Shown here piece after piece: positions 1 through 10,162 of a stretch of DNA of 64,000 nt. How positions within the stretch are numbered: position 1 is the stretch's first letter; every line of letters starts with the position of its first letter. The stretch spans positions 58,092 to 122,091 of the IMG/VR virus record IMGVR_UViG_3300003690_003155, one strand, 5' to 3'. The stretch is from a virus. The notes beneath the pieces were generated by a model. That model did not search any database and was not told where the DNA came from. It worked only from the letters and a program-made list of their open reading frames with translations. A program made the translations under genes and the position numbers.

Positions 1-635
1 TCTTTTGTTCTATGATCCCACCAATAATGATGAGCAAAACTATCGCGAATATTTGATTCTGAAGAGTGTACATTAGATACTACTCCTTCATTTAATTCCC
101 CGTCAATATTTTGTCTTATATGTGGATATTCAAAATATAAATGTTTTATCATTTCTTGATCATCAGCATTTGTTTGAGACCGGGGAAGTTCAGATATTGT
201 TGTTGGTTTTAGAAAAGTGCATGTGTTAAAAAATACTCTACTAAATATTGTATTTTTTATAATCATAAACCCAGTACATAGTCCGTGAGTATCTGATGAT
301 ATAGTTATATCTTTATGTATTAAGTTTTTAGATTCATCGAATATATTATAAGTAGGGTCTTTGATAAGAATATCAATATCGGAATATATAATATAATCGT
401 ACTGGGGACCGAGTTTTTGGCCGTGATCATATTGTAGTTGGTTTGTGATAAGACTTAGTTTTCGAAGACGGCATATACTTTTATCTATATCATCGATTAA
501 AATATGTTTATATTCGTAGTTATTAGCTATAGCATACTTTTTAAAATACGGCTCAGTACATTCATATAAATCATTATATATTGATTCTTTTGGTGAATTA
601 TGATAGGTAAGAAGTAAAATACTTTTATCTTTCAT
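1..635 (-). CDS. Partial glycosyltransferase-like protein (GT34/GT-A-like), runs off the window edge
   Basis: Not in ORF track; manual translation from ATG at 635: MKDKSILLLTYHN...FKKYAIANNYEY...YDYIIYSDIDILI...GLCTGFMIIKN...DDQEMI; DxD, NTG-like and DQ motifs. Confidence 0.6.
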   Translation of the reverse strand, partial: MKDKSILLLTYHNSPKESIYNDLYECTEPYFKKYAIANNYEYKHILIDDIDKSICRLRKLSLITNQLQYDHGQKLGPQYDYIIYSDIDILIKDPTYNIFDESKNLIHKDITISSDTHGLCTGFMIIKNTIFSRVFFNTCTFLKPTTISELPRSQTNADDQEMIKHLYFEYPHIRQNIDGELNEGVVSNVHSSESNIRDSFAHHYWWDHRTK

Positions 636-1548
636 CTGCTAGCTCTTTCGTGAGGTAGGTTTCCTTTTCACTCAATATTCTCATTAACGCATCTCGCTCC
701 TGTGGCATATCTAATCCGTATACTTTTAATTTATCTGTTGATAGAATACAATTAGATCTGTTAGATCTGTTAGCAACAATATGTTGTTTTAATTCATCGT
801 AATTAATAAATTTCCAATTTGGATTCCATAGTCCATGTTTATCTAAGATTTCACAAACTTGTTTTGTTGAAAGAGGTGCAGGATTAACACAGTTATATAC
901 ACCTCCTGGCAGGTCATGAATATTAATAATTTTATTAATTACAAGAAGTAGATCCTCAATAACAGTTTTAGAGTTTACTTCATCAAGAATATTATTATAT
1001 TTTAAAATTTTACTTAAGTAATTTTTTTGTGAATTAAAGTCATTGCAAACTGGCATTCTTATTCTCAATGTATAAACATTATCAAAGTTGTGTAAGCATA
1101 ATTCTGCTGCATGCTTTGTTTTACTATACCAACTACTATCAGGATTAGTTAGTCCGAAATTTGGTTCATCTTCTTCTGTGTAATGTTTTTCTCCATCGTA
1201 TATACATCCAGAGCTTACATTAATAATTTTTATATTATGTTGCGCGCAAAATTGAGCTAAAATAATAGGAAACGTTACATTTAAATCCCAGCAAATCTGT
1301 TTATTTTCCTCACAGGCATCTACATTTGGACTTCCAGTATATCCGACACAATTAATTATCCATTTAGCGTCACATCCTCGAATTTCATTTAATATATTAT
1401 TAAATAACGTTTCTTTTAATTTTCCGGGAGTCGTATACGGGTAATGACATAAATGAACTACGTCATGTATATCTCCTGAGGTATCCAAAAAGTATTTGTA
1501 TGCCTTTTTGCCTATATAACCGTTCCCTAAAACAATTATCTTATTCAT
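625..1548 (-). CDS. NAD(P)-dependent sugar reductase/epimerase (RmlD-like SDR)
   Basis: GNGYIG Rossmann motif, INCVGYTGSPNVDACE, SSGCIY, YSKTK catalytic YxxxK. Confidence 0.85.
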   Translation of the reverse strand: MNKIIVLGNGYIGKKAYKYFLDTSGDIHDVVHLCHYPYTTPGKLKETLFNNILNEIRGCDAKWIINCVGYTGSPNVDACEENKQICWDLNVTFPIILAQFCAQHNIKIINVSSGCIYDGEKHYTEEDEPNFGLTNPDSSWYSKTKHAAELCLHNFDNVYTLRIRMPVCNDFNSQKNYLSKILKYNNILDEVNSKTVIEDLLLVINKIINIHDLPGGVYNCVNPAPLSTKQVCEILDKHGLWNPNWKFINYDELKQHIVANRSNRSNCILSTDKLKVYGLDMPQERDALMRILSEKETYLTKELADER

Positions 1549-1834
1549 TTCTAGTATTTGTTTGCTCTTGTATTTCTTTAAAAAAATCTAAACTAGACAC
1601 TCTTCTTAGTAAAGTTTCTATAGCATCATAATCTTGAGGTGTTTTACCTGAAATAAGTAATACACTATCTCCTCTAATATCATATCCTACTAATATAAAT
1701 GATTTTAAATGTTCAATTAAATAATCATTAATAAATGACATGTCTTGTTCATTAATGTCATTTGATTCAATTGCATTAATATTTGATTTTAATAAATTAT
1801 CGAAATTTTTACGTTTAGGTGTTGTTTTCTTCAT
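1541..1834 (-). CDS. Hypothetical protein
   Basis: ORF in tightly packed minus-strand operon; likely start ATG 1834. Confidence 0.6.
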   Translation of the reverse strand: MKKTTPKRKNFDNLLKSNINAIESNDINEQDMSFINDYLIEHLKSFILVGYDIRGDSVLLISGKTPQDYDAIETLLRRVSSLDFFKEIQEQTNTRNE

Positions 1835-2123
1835 TAGATGTAATTTGTTTTTCAATTAATTTAGTTATAATTACCTCCATGCTATCTGTTTTTAATTGAA
1901 AGTTCTTAAAATGATTTCCGTCGTGCAATTCAAATTTAAAATCACCACTCCAATCATAATTAACATAACAAGTTATATATAGAGCTGCCGTTTTAGGGTT
2001 AACCATTAGTGTCCACCTACGTGAATCCTGGTGCGAATAATCAGAAAAAATTCTGTTGACAGTATATCCATTGTCTCTTAAGCGCTTAATAAAATAACCA
2101 CATGTAGTAACTTTATTTTTCAT
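1815..2123 (-). CDS. Hypothetical protein
   Basis: 102 aa ORF, start overlaps the stop of the upstream gene. Confidence 0.65.
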   Translation of the reverse strand: MKNKVTTCGYFIKRLRDNGYTVNRIFSDYSHQDSRRWTLMVNPKTAALYITCYVNYDWSGDFKFELHDGNHFKNFQLKTDSMEVIITKLIEKQITSNEENNT

Positions 2124-2854
2124 TAATTTTTATAACTAGTACTAATGAATGTAAGTTTACTATTTTCAAGCTCCAGTTTCATCATAAGCATTTTATATTC
2201 ATGATTTATATGTATAATAGCTTCAGTAAAACTCAATGTAGATATAAGTCTAAATAATTCTATATCTAAAATTAATTCATAATCCAAGTCGTCTCCGCTA
2301 TATTTATCTGCTAATAAGGTTGTATAACTATCTACGTTTTGTAGTTTTTTATCTGATAGCTCGGCATATACATTTGTATTTTCAGTTTTAATATATACCT
2401 TACTTGATTCAGTTACAAAAGGCAGTGCTTTTAATATTGAATTATTTTTTTCTCTTGTTAATTTAAAATTAGTACCGAATGTGATATTGTCTATTTTATT
2501 AAAATCAAATGCACTGGTATTAGTTAGACTATCATCAAATAAATGATATGTAAATCTGTTAATATTACTATTATATTTTATGCAATTTTCTTTTATTTCA
2601 AGACGTATATCATCTTCATCTAAGCAGGATAGGATTTTAGTTAATTTTATTGTATCTGGTAGACATATTGTACCCTCTTCAGGGTGATCATCCCACCTGA
2701 CTTTATATTCTGCTTTAAGAAAAATATTAGAATTATTATGTACTATAGTAGATATAGTATCACGTATATCTAATGTCGCAGATGAGTTTAATCTCGATAT
2801 TGGATTAAGAAAATTTTGAATAAAATTATCTTTATTCTTTATTGGTAGAATCAT
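2123..2854 (-). CDS. gp45: DNA polymerase sliding clamp (T4 gp45-like)
   Basis: 243 aa, size and repeated beta-alpha pattern (ICLPDTIKLTKILS) typical of clamps; sits in T4-like replication module near gp32. Confidence 0.65.
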   Translation of the reverse strand: MILPIKNKDNFIQNFLNPISRLNSSATLDIRDTISTIVHNNSNIFLKAEYKVRWDDHPEEGTICLPDTIKLTKILSCLDEDDIRLEIKENCIKYNSNINRFTYHLFDDSLTNTSAFDFNKIDNITFGTNFKLTREKNNSILKALPFVTESSKVYIKTENTNVYAELSDKKLQNVDSYTTLLADKYSGDDLDYELILDIELFRLISTLSFTEAIIHINHEYKMLMMKLELENSKLTFISTSYKN

Positions 2855-3209
2855 TGTTTAATTTGATCCGGATATTAATTTCTTTTGCGTTTCTCGCAAC
2901 TTGTCTTTCAATTAAGTTTACAAATTTAGTGATTTGCTTTTCAACAGAAGATACCCGCTCTATTAAGGTATTTAATAGAGCAGGATCTGTGTTAATTTGA
3001 GGCTGTGGTACAGCTCGTACGACGTTGGTCTGTGGCGGTGGCGCAGCTTGTAGTCGCGGGTCAGGTTGTGGTCTTTCCTGTCCATAAATATCCTTAGATA
3101 AAGGTATATCTTGCATAGTAGCGCTTTTTTGTACAATACCTTTATTTAGTTTAAAGGCTTGCGAATTTAATCCATGCACAAACGATTTTATCTCATCATC
3201 TGGGTTCAT
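2832..3209 (-). CDS. Hypothetical protein (Pro/Gln-rich linker, C-terminal coiled coil)
   Basis: 125 aa ORF between gp32 and the clamp. Confidence 0.65.
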   Translation of the reverse strand: MNPDDEIKSFVHGLNSQAFKLNKGIVQKSATMQDIPLSKDIYGQERPQPDPRLQAAPPPQTNVVRAVPQPQINTDPALLNTLIERVSSVEKQITKFVNLIERQVARNAKEINIRIKLNNDSTNKE

Positions 3210-3212
3210 TTA

Positions 3213-4070
3213 TTAGTCCAAACTATCAAGTAATTCCTTTACTTTATTATCATCAACCACGGTTTCGGAATCTTTTTTATCTGATGTGTCCAAATCATCA
3301 AAATTTAAATCATCTTCTTCCTCATCGGAGGAAGCAGTTGTTGATTCTTTTGTCATATCTCCTGTTACAGATTCTTCAGTCTGACCATGAAAATGTTCAT
3401 TGAGCATTGTTTGCAATTCATCGTAACTTTTGACAGGAAATACATTTTCAAGATCAATTGTATTGTCGTAAATATCTTTAATATTATCAGTTTCCACGCC
3501 TGTGATTTTCGAAGGAGTTTGAAACCGAGAGCTAACATATGTTGGATATCCGCCCTGTTCTTCTACTTTGACTCTAAAATTACATCCATCTTTCGAAAGA
3601 TCAAAAATACGTTCACCAAATTCATCAGCGTCATCTCCCTCCATTGCCTCCATTACAATTTTATGTAATTGACGACCAAATCGAAGAATTTTTACCTTAC
3701 CTTCATTTTCAGGATTATCAGGATCCTTTACTACATAAACGTTAACGAGCCAATTTTCCTTACGGTTTAAAGCTTTTGACTTTTCTTTTTCTTCTTCAGA
3801 ACCAGTACGAGAGAGTCTATACCGAGCCTCTGCAATAGGATCTCTTTCTCCCCATGTCTGTGGACTAATCGCACTTTGATATTGCCCGGTCATTTCACTA
3901 ACCCATCCATGTGAGTAATAATGAAAAAACGTCTTACTAGGGTCTTTTACAAAAGGCACTAAACGTAGTGTATATGTATTACCCGGTTTTAGCCGCATAA
4001 TATTACTTGTATTCTGTTGTGCGGTTTGCGCCATCGCACCCTTAATTGATTCAAACATATTCGTTGTCAT
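3213..4070 (-). CDS. gp32: Single-stranded DNA-binding protein (T4 gp32-like)
   Basis: NVYVVKDPDNPENEGKVKILRFG, GCNFRVKV, YPTYVSSRF motifs and acidic C-terminal tail. Confidence 0.9.
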   Translation of the reverse strand: MTTNMFESIKGAMAQTAQQNTSNIMRLKPGNTYTLRLVPFVKDPSKTFFHYYSHGWVSEMTGQYQSAISPQTWGERDPIAEARYRLSRTGSEEEKEKSKALNRKENWLVNVYVVKDPDNPENEGKVKILRFGRQLHKIVMEAMEGDDADEFGERIFDLSKDGCNFRVKVEEQGGYPTYVSSRFQTPSKITGVETDNIKDIYDNTIDLENVFPVKSYDELQTMLNEHFHGQTEESVTGDMTKESTTASSDEEEDDLNFDDLDTSDKKDSETVVDDNKVKELLDSLD

Positions 4071-4708
4071 TTTCTTTTTAATATTTTATTTATAGTTTTA
4101 GTTAATTTTATTCCCAATGGTTTGAGTTTCTCCGAAAATGTATATCGCGATCTCAAACTACTTAACGTATTATAAAAGCTATCACATACAAATTCAACTA
4201 TATTTTTTTCGAGATTAATATTTTTTTCTGATACATCTAGAACCAACAAACAATAATAACTAATATCATCTTTTTTTAGATCTAAAATAAAATCAGGATA
4301 TATGCCTTTTTGGATATTTAAATATTCTCTACAATTTGTTAGTTTATGCTCTACACACTTATCATAGATGAATTTAAAGCTGTTTCTTAGTCTAGTAATA
4401 TTAAATTGATCATCAGGCATAGTTAGTTCTATTTCTTTTATATATTTTTTATATATAGAAATAGCTCGAAATGTATTATAAAATTCAAACGGTACGTATT
4501 TCTCTGAATGTAATTTATAAGGCGCACTAAAAAATAAATTCGGATCTATTTTTTTATTTTTTAATGTTATTGATATTTTTTTAAGTAATACGTATTTTTC
4601 ATCGTCTAAATTGTCGAATTTTTTTCGTGGTGTAAATCCTTTCTTATTTCTCGAAGTCTTAAGATATGTGTTGTATATATCCTGTTCAAACATTGACAAT
4701 TTGATCAT
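4067..4708 (-). CDS. Putative helicase loader (gp59-like)
   Basis: 213 aa basic helical protein directly upstream of gp32, as in T4; sequence support weak. Confidence 0.45.
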   Translation of the reverse strand: MIKLSMFEQDIYNTYLKTSRNKKGFTPRKKFDNLDDEKYVLLKKISITLKNKKIDPNLFFSAPYKLHSEKYVPFEFYNTFRAISIYKKYIKEIELTMPDDQFNITRLRNSFKFIYDKCVEHKLTNCREYLNIQKGIYPDFILDLKKDDISYYCLLVLDVSEKNINLEKNIVEFVCDSFYNTLSSLRSRYTFSEKLKPLGIKLTKTINKILKRK

Positions 4709-4983
4709 AGGTTTATAGAATTTTTCTTGAGGTACTTAGTGATGTATTTACTTTTATATAAATACGGGTCATGTTGTAAGAAAGTTCTTACTAATTGAAA
4801 ATTACAATCTAACAATAATAATTCTTTAAATAATTGTCTATATTTTTTTTCTTTTAATACTAATAAAAATACATTTGCGAGATTAATTTTTCTATTTTCG
4901 CATATAGAGACAAAACTACATAACATTAGAAAAGTATGTACAATATCTTTTTTTTCTAAAATTGTATACGGGGTTTCCATCAT
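4705..4983 (-). CDS. Hypothetical protein
   Basis: 92 aa ORF with 4-nt overlaps on both sides. Confidence 0.6.
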   Translation of the reverse strand: MMETPYTILEKKDIVHTFLMLCSFVSICENRKINLANVFLLVLKEKKYRQLFKELLLLDCNFQLVRTFLQHDPYLYKSKYITKYLKKNSINL

Positions 4984-5876
4984 TTTATATTTAACGGTTC
5001 AAACTGTTTACTTAAAGTGAGTACATTATCATTTAATATTCCGCCGGCCGCATATTCATGACCTCCTCCATTACATATTTTTTTAGCGAATGTGCTTAGA
5101 TTGAAATCTATATTTCTTTTTCTCCGTAAATATACTCTATTATTTTTTAAATTAATCATCATGCAAACATCACATTTATATTCATCAACTATATATTGCC
5201 CTAAATCATTGATATATTCATTTGCAAATGTACTGATAAAATTATAATCTTTACCTGATATGGAAAGTTTTGCTTGAAATAGCTTTATATTTTCTCTCAT
5301 TTTTTTAAACTTATAAAAATGATAACTAATTATTTTATTTTGTTCATTAGTAAATCCGAAAAAACCATTTTCAAAGTCATTAATAAAATTGTGTAATTTA
5401 TCGCCATTCTTATACCAAAGTAAAAAATTTAACTTATTGCTTTCTGGGTATTTTAATTCATAGCAATCATAATCATCTGCAAAGGTGATTAGCTTTTTTT
5501 GTTCATTTGTTAGATTTATATTCGGATAAGCTTTATTAAGCATTTGATAAAGATGCTTACTACATGAAGTTTGATCTGTATTAATAAATGTCTTTGCATA
5601 TGAATAATTATTTTCATGAGATTTATGATGATCAAAAATTACTACATTTTTCTTATCTATTAAATCTTTAATCTCTGTAGTATCTAAATCAAAGAAATAT
5701 ACTTTTTTATAATCTTCGATTTTGTTATAATTCAGCCAACCAAGTATTTTTTCACGTATATTAGAAACCTTTAATGTTACAGCTTTTGGCTTGGTTTGCT
5801 TAAACCAGGTATAAATTAAATAACTACAGCAACCATCAAGATCTAAATCTGTGAAAATTATTTCTTTATTAGACAT
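4980..5876 (-). CDS. DHH/DHHA1 family phosphoesterase
   Basis: DLDLDG, FDHH and GGGHEYAAGG motifs. Confidence 0.9.
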   Translation of the reverse strand: MSNKEIIFTDLDLDGCCSYLIYTWFKQTKPKAVTLKVSNIREKILGWLNYNKIEDYKKVYFFDLDTTEIKDLIDKKNVVIFDHHKSHENNYSYAKTFINTDQTSCSKHLYQMLNKAYPNINLTNEQKKLITFADDYDCYELKYPESNKLNFLLWYKNGDKLHNFINDFENGFFGFTNEQNKIISYHFYKFKKMRENIKLFQAKLSISGKDYNFISTFANEYINDLGQYIVDEYKCDVCMMINLKNNRVYLRRKRNIDFNLSTFAKKICNGGGHEYAAGGILNDNVLTLSKQFEPLNIK

Positions 5877-5885
5877 TGTATATAT

Positions 5886-7223
5886 TTACATTACTCTTCC
5901 GAATTGTACAGCGTCATTTTCCGCGGTATTAACATCTTCATTAATGTTTAAATCATTGCTCTCCATAAGAGTAAGAGTATTGTAATCTATAGAGATTCGA
6001 GTACTACCTGTATTAGAACCAAATCTATTTTTAATAATGCCCATATGTAGCGCATTATCTTCTTCATCTTCTTCTGTCCTCCAAATACTTACAATAACAT
6101 CCGCCGTTGCTCCTAATCCATAACTTTCTCCAATAGATTCTAATCCAGGAGCATTACCATATCCTGTTCTATTTACTTGTGTCGCGGATATGATGGGACA
6201 TTCAAAGGTATATGACATTGCTCTTACTTGTTCAGAAATACTTTTAACGCGTTCATATGAATTATTGCCATATGTACTTGCTAACAGATTTAAATAATCT
6301 AGTACTATAATGTCAGGTTTAAATTTGTTATTAATTAATTTTTTAATAAACCCTTCAAGTTGCGGAGGTGTAATAGAGCCAGGAGCAAATTCTTTAATTA
6401 TTATATTTGCTCTAGGATGTGTCATTTTAAATCTCCCTACTTTCTCTTTTAATGTTTCTATATGTTCATCTAAATGATTTATTGGAAGACCTGTAAGTTT
6501 TGATGTAATTCTCTTACAATAAATCATTTCAGACATTTCAAGAGAAACTACTAAAACATTTTTATCTGCTGCCGCGGCGTTACTTGCTATGTTACTTAAA
6601 AATATAGATTTACCTACATTAGTCGGGCCAGCAAAAATATACATACTACGCCCTAGCTCTAAAAATCCTCCTCCTAATCTAGCATCTAACCAATCCCATC
6701 CGGTTTTGATCTTTTCCTCACGTGTTGTTAAATCAATAACATGTTGCTCAATATCTTTAAAATAATTATGACCTATATTTGTAGTGAGAGAAATATTACA
6801 TGCTTTTGTAAATTTATCATGAATAGTTTTTACGTTTCTTTCTTTATTATCAACAATTTCTAAAAAGGTATTAAATACAGCTTGCTCTTGTAAAAACTTC
6901 TCTGTATAAGAGTATAAAACATCGTTTGATAAATCTATTTCTAAAGTATCAGTAATTTTTTTACTCGATTCATAATGTTGTTTAAGCTGAGGTGTATTTA
7001 AATATATTTCTAACTCTGTATGTGTTGGCCGTCTATTATTTTGTCGGTAAAGAGCTTGTATGATTTTAACTATTTGCTGAAAGTCTTTATTTTTAAAAAA
7101 TTTATAATTAAGATTATCAATAATAGAATTTAAATAAGCTTCGTCTTCAAGACAGTTCTTGAAAACTACCTTTTCTAAATATTCTAAATCGATGTCTAAG
7201 TAATTACTTTCGTTTGTCAGCAT
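5886..7223 (-). CDS. gp41: Replicative DnaB-like helicase (T4 gp41)
   Basis: Walker A GPTNVGKS, SLEMSE, VLDYLNL, SATQVNR, KNRFG. Confidence 0.95.
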   Translation of the reverse strand: MLTNESNYLDIDLEYLEKVVFKNCLEDEAYLNSIIDNLNYKFFKNKDFQQIVKIIQALYRQNNRRPTHTELEIYLNTPQLKQHYESSKKITDTLEIDLSNDVLYSYTEKFLQEQAVFNTFLEIVDNKERNVKTIHDKFTKACNISLTTNIGHNYFKDIEQHVIDLTTREEKIKTGWDWLDARLGGGFLELGRSMYIFAGPTNVGKSIFLSNIASNAAAADKNVLVVSLEMSEMIYCKRITSKLTGLPINHLDEHIETLKEKVGRFKMTHPRANIIIKEFAPGSITPPQLEGFIKKLINNKFKPDIIVLDYLNLLASTYGNNSYERVKSISEQVRAMSYTFECPIISATQVNRTGYGNAPGLESIGESYGLGATADVIVSIWRTEEDEEDNALHMGIIKNRFGSNTGSTRISIDYNTLTLMESNDLNINEDVNTAENDAVQFGRVM

Positions 7224-7905
7224 GTTTAACGAGAGTATTATAGAAGTAATCTTCTGATTTGCTATACTCCTCTGTGTGGTTGAGTAATCCCGGAGATTCG
7301 TGAATAACGTGAATAGGGGCAGTAATTAAGCGCAACCCAGCTAAATGACAGTCTAAACAAAATTTTAAATCATAATGATGAAATCCCTTCATATTAGTAT
7401 CAAATTTTATTTTTTTCTTTGCGATTGATTTAGTTCGGACAGCTAAGAATAGACCATCTAATAATATTACTTCTTTTGGTGTAAGTCCAAATATAGTTGT
7501 CGAATAGTCAGTATTATTTTGATAATGTGATACTACTCCAGATAGAGTTTCTTTTTTACATAAAAAATGCCATAAGCAAGGTCTTGTAACCTGTAATTTA
7601 CTGCCTCCTGCTAGACCGACTACATCAAATCCTTGCTTAAACAAATTACGAATTTCTGTTAAGAAGTTTATACTATCAATAAACACATCATCATGTATAA
7701 ATAAAATACAGTCATATTTCTTAAGGTTTTGTGATGTAAGATACTTATTATAAACAGCACATAAACCGTTAGTGTTGCTATATGTGGGTTCTAGATCAAA
7801 TGTGGTTACAGTATTATTTGCGTGTAAGGTGAGGCTTCTAGATAATCTAGTAGCTTTAAAGCTAGATTTATTACTCTGAGTTGCAACCGCTATTAAAGTT
7901 TTCAT
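7204..7905 (-). CDS. Glycosyltransferase (GT2-like, GT-A fold)
   Basis: FIHDDV motif, VVGLAG, LLDGLFLAV, FHHYDLKFCL, IHESPG. Confidence 0.8.
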   Translation of the reverse strand: MKTLIAVATQSNKSSFKATRLSRSLTLHANNTVTTFDLEPTYSNTNGLCAVYNKYLTSQNLKKYDCILFIHDDVFIDSINFLTEIRNLFKQGFDVVGLAGGSKLQVTRPCLWHFLCKKETLSGVVSHYQNNTDYSTTIFGLTPKEVILLDGLFLAVRTKSIAKKKIKFDTNMKGFHHYDLKFCLDCHLAGLRLITAPIHVIHESPGLLNHTEEYSKSEDYFYNTLVKHADKRK

Positions 7906-8540
7906 ATAAAAAAAGGTGAATTTAGTTTAAATTTTTCTTTTTCGAAAAATTCATTTTTAGTAAAATTAAATTCATATATTGTTCCTTCTTCCGCTACTTT
8001 CCAGCCAGGTATTTGTGCTGAACTAAATGACTTATCATCTGAAAATAATGTAGATCCAGACCTAAAAATACGTAATCTACCCATGTTTGGTTCATACATC
8101 CAGCATCCGAATGTTCCTTCAAGCTCTGATAGTGCATTTTTAATACCAGATATATATATCAATGGTAATATCACACTACTATCGACTTTATTTGTTTTAC
8201 TTTTAAGTTCATATTTTTCTTTTAATTCATTAAAGTTTTGTAATACTCCGTTATGTGCTAAATATGTATCTTTATATGTAAATGGGTGAGAAGTATCAAT
8301 ATTGAATGTTCTAATTTCTGATGTAGGAGATTGTACATGTCCTAGATAATATATACAAAAAGGATTTTCTTGTATAGGCTTATCGAAATCTTGTTCGTGT
8401 TTTGTTGCTACCTGAATGTTATTTTTCATCCCTCCAGGAAACACCTTTGTTATACTGCGTACAAAATTACCCCTTTCGGTATTTTTTGTATATAACTCTC
8501 TAAAAGTTTTAATATCCGTTGATCCAAAAATTCCGCACAT
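7902..8540 (-). CDS. Class II (Ntn) glutamine amidotransferase, stand-alone
   Basis: N-terminal MCGIFG nucleophile Cys, SHPF, LAHNGVL, VDS motifs. Confidence 0.9.
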   Translation of the reverse strand: MCGIFGSTDIKTFRELYTKNTERGNFVRSITKVFPGGMKNNIQVATKHEQDFDKPIQENPFCIYYLGHVQSPTSEIRTFNIDTSHPFTYKDTYLAHNGVLQNFNELKEKYELKSKTNKVDSSVILPLIYISGIKNALSELEGTFGCWMYEPNMGRLRIFRSGSTLFSDDKSFSSAQIPGWKVAEEGTIYEFNFTKNEFFEKEKFKLNSPFFI

Positions 8541-8541
8541 A

Positions 8542-9498
8542 TTATTTTAATTGTATGAACTTTGTGTCTTTAAAGCAAGTTAAATCCTTACCTCCTGCGT
8601 AAGAAATAGAGCTTCTAAGTGCCTGTTGTATTTCCTGTAATCGTACTTCATATTCTGGAGCAAGTTCTAAGTCAACTTGTTTACCTTCAACAAAATGTAA
8701 TCTATCTCCATTTTGTTTATATGAGGTACTGCCGTAATATTCTTTTGCACCACGTACGACTTTAGCAGGCGAATCTGCACACGGTGCAAAAAAAGAACCA
8801 GACATAACACAATCAGCTCCAGCAACTAATGCTTTTGCAATATCACCAAAATGCCTACAACCACCGTCAGCCATAATTTTAGCTGATGTTTTATGTGGAG
8901 CAATTTTAAGTAATGTTGAAAACATGGGTGTTCCGAACCCTGTTTTAAATCTAGTTGTACATATGACACCGGATCCAATTCCAACTTTAACTATATCTGC
9001 TCCTGCGTCTTGCAATTGCTTAAATCCTTCAACCGTACCTACGTTACCAGCAATAACTATTACATCTTCTTGAAGATAGTTCTTAATATATTTTATCATT
9101 GCTATCACTTTAATATGATGACCGTGGGCTACGTCAATTGTAATAATGTCAATTTTATAATTATTATCTATAATTGATTGTAAGTGTTGATATGACTCTT
9201 CATTTACTCCTATACTAGCACTCACACATTTACAATGGTAGTCATTAAGTCTTTGTACTGTTTCAAATACATCTTGAAATCGATGCATGATATAAAAATA
9301 ATTATCTCGATCTAATTGTTGGCATAAATTAGGATTTATTACTGTTTCCATATTAGATGGAACAATTGGTAATTCAAATTTCCATTTACCTAATTTAAAT
9401 GTAGTATCGGCTTGTTTTCTGGAGCCTAAAAGACTATACTTCGGTACTAAGAGTACATCAGAATAATCTAACTCCCCATGGAATGTCTGTTCGCTCAT
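8542..9498 (-). CDS. guaC: GMP reductase (Bacillus-type GuaC)
   Basis: LDYSDVLLVP, PSNMET, TIDVAHGH, KVGIGSGVICTT, ADGG, YYGSTS, VEGK, SSISYAGG; no CBS domains. Confidence 0.85.
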   Translation of the reverse strand: MSEQTFHGELDYSDVLLVPKYSLLGSRKQADTTFKLGKWKFELPIVPSNMETVINPNLCQQLDRDNYFYIMHRFQDVFETVQRLNDYHCKCVSASIGVNEESYQHLQSIIDNNYKIDIITIDVAHGHHIKVIAMIKYIKNYLQEDVIVIAGNVGTVEGFKQLQDAGADIVKVGIGSGVICTTRFKTGFGTPMFSTLLKIAPHKTSAKIMADGGCRHFGDIAKALVAGADCVMSGSFFAPCADSPAKVVRGAKEYYGSTSYKQNGDRLHFVEGKQVDLELAPEYEVRLQEIQQALRSSISYAGGKDLTCFKDTKFIQLK

Positions 9499-10162
9499 AT
9501 TCTATTGGGTCTTTCATTGCGTCATTGTCTAAAAATCCTTGTATACGAGAACTACATGCGGTACAATACCCGCATGCTAATTCTTTTCCTTCGTAACAAG
9601 TCCATGTGTCTTCAAATCTCACACCATTATCTAATCCTATATTAATAATTTCTTTTTTGGATAATTGCAATAATGGTGCTTCTATTTTAATTCTATTTTT
9701 ACGATTTAAAGCAGTTAAATTATTAATTTGTTCTAAAAATTCTATACTTCCGTCCCAATACCCCGCTTGACTATCTACAAGAGCTGATCCATGATATACT
9801 GTTTCTGCTCCAACAGCTTCAGCGTATGAACAGGCAATAGATAACATCATCATATTTCTAAAAGGTACATAATTAACAGTTTGTGCATCTCCTAAAACGT
9901 CTTTTGCGTGAGCGACTTTAATATTGTTGTTTGTTAAAGAGGAAGTATTAGCAATTTTTTTGAAAAATTGTATATCTAATATTTTATGTTGCTCAATATT
10001 ATCATAATTAATTAATTGGAAGCCGGCGAATTGGATTTCTTTGCGATGTTTTTGACCGTAATCAAAAGTTATTGCATATATATCATCATGCTGAGCTGAT
10101 ACCATGCTTAATATTACAGCACTGTCTAATCCTCCTGAAACTGGTATAACTGCTTTACTCAT
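9458..10162 (-). CDS. queC: 7-cyano-7-deazaguanine synthase
   Basis: SGGLDS PP-loop, FDYGQKH, YVPFRN, TWTCY...CGYCTAC zinc site. Confidence 0.95.
   Translation of the reverse strand: MSKAVIPVSGGLDSAVILSMVSAQHDDIYAITFDYGQKHRKEIQFAGFQLINYDNIEQHKILDIQFFKKIANTSSLTNNNIKVAHAKDVLGDAQTVNYVPFRNMMMLSIACSYAEAVGAETVYHGSALVDSQAGYWDGSIEFLEQINNLTALNRKNRIKIEAPLLQLSKKEIINIGLDNGVRFEDTWTCYEGKELACGYCTACSSRIQGFLDNDAMKDPIEYERTDIPWGVRLF

Noticed and set aside
7902-10162. QatABCD or type IV CBASS-like QueC defence system
   Set aside because: QueC is a canonical ~230 aa enzyme with the full biosynthetic set; no KAP ATPase, TatD or CD-NTase nearby
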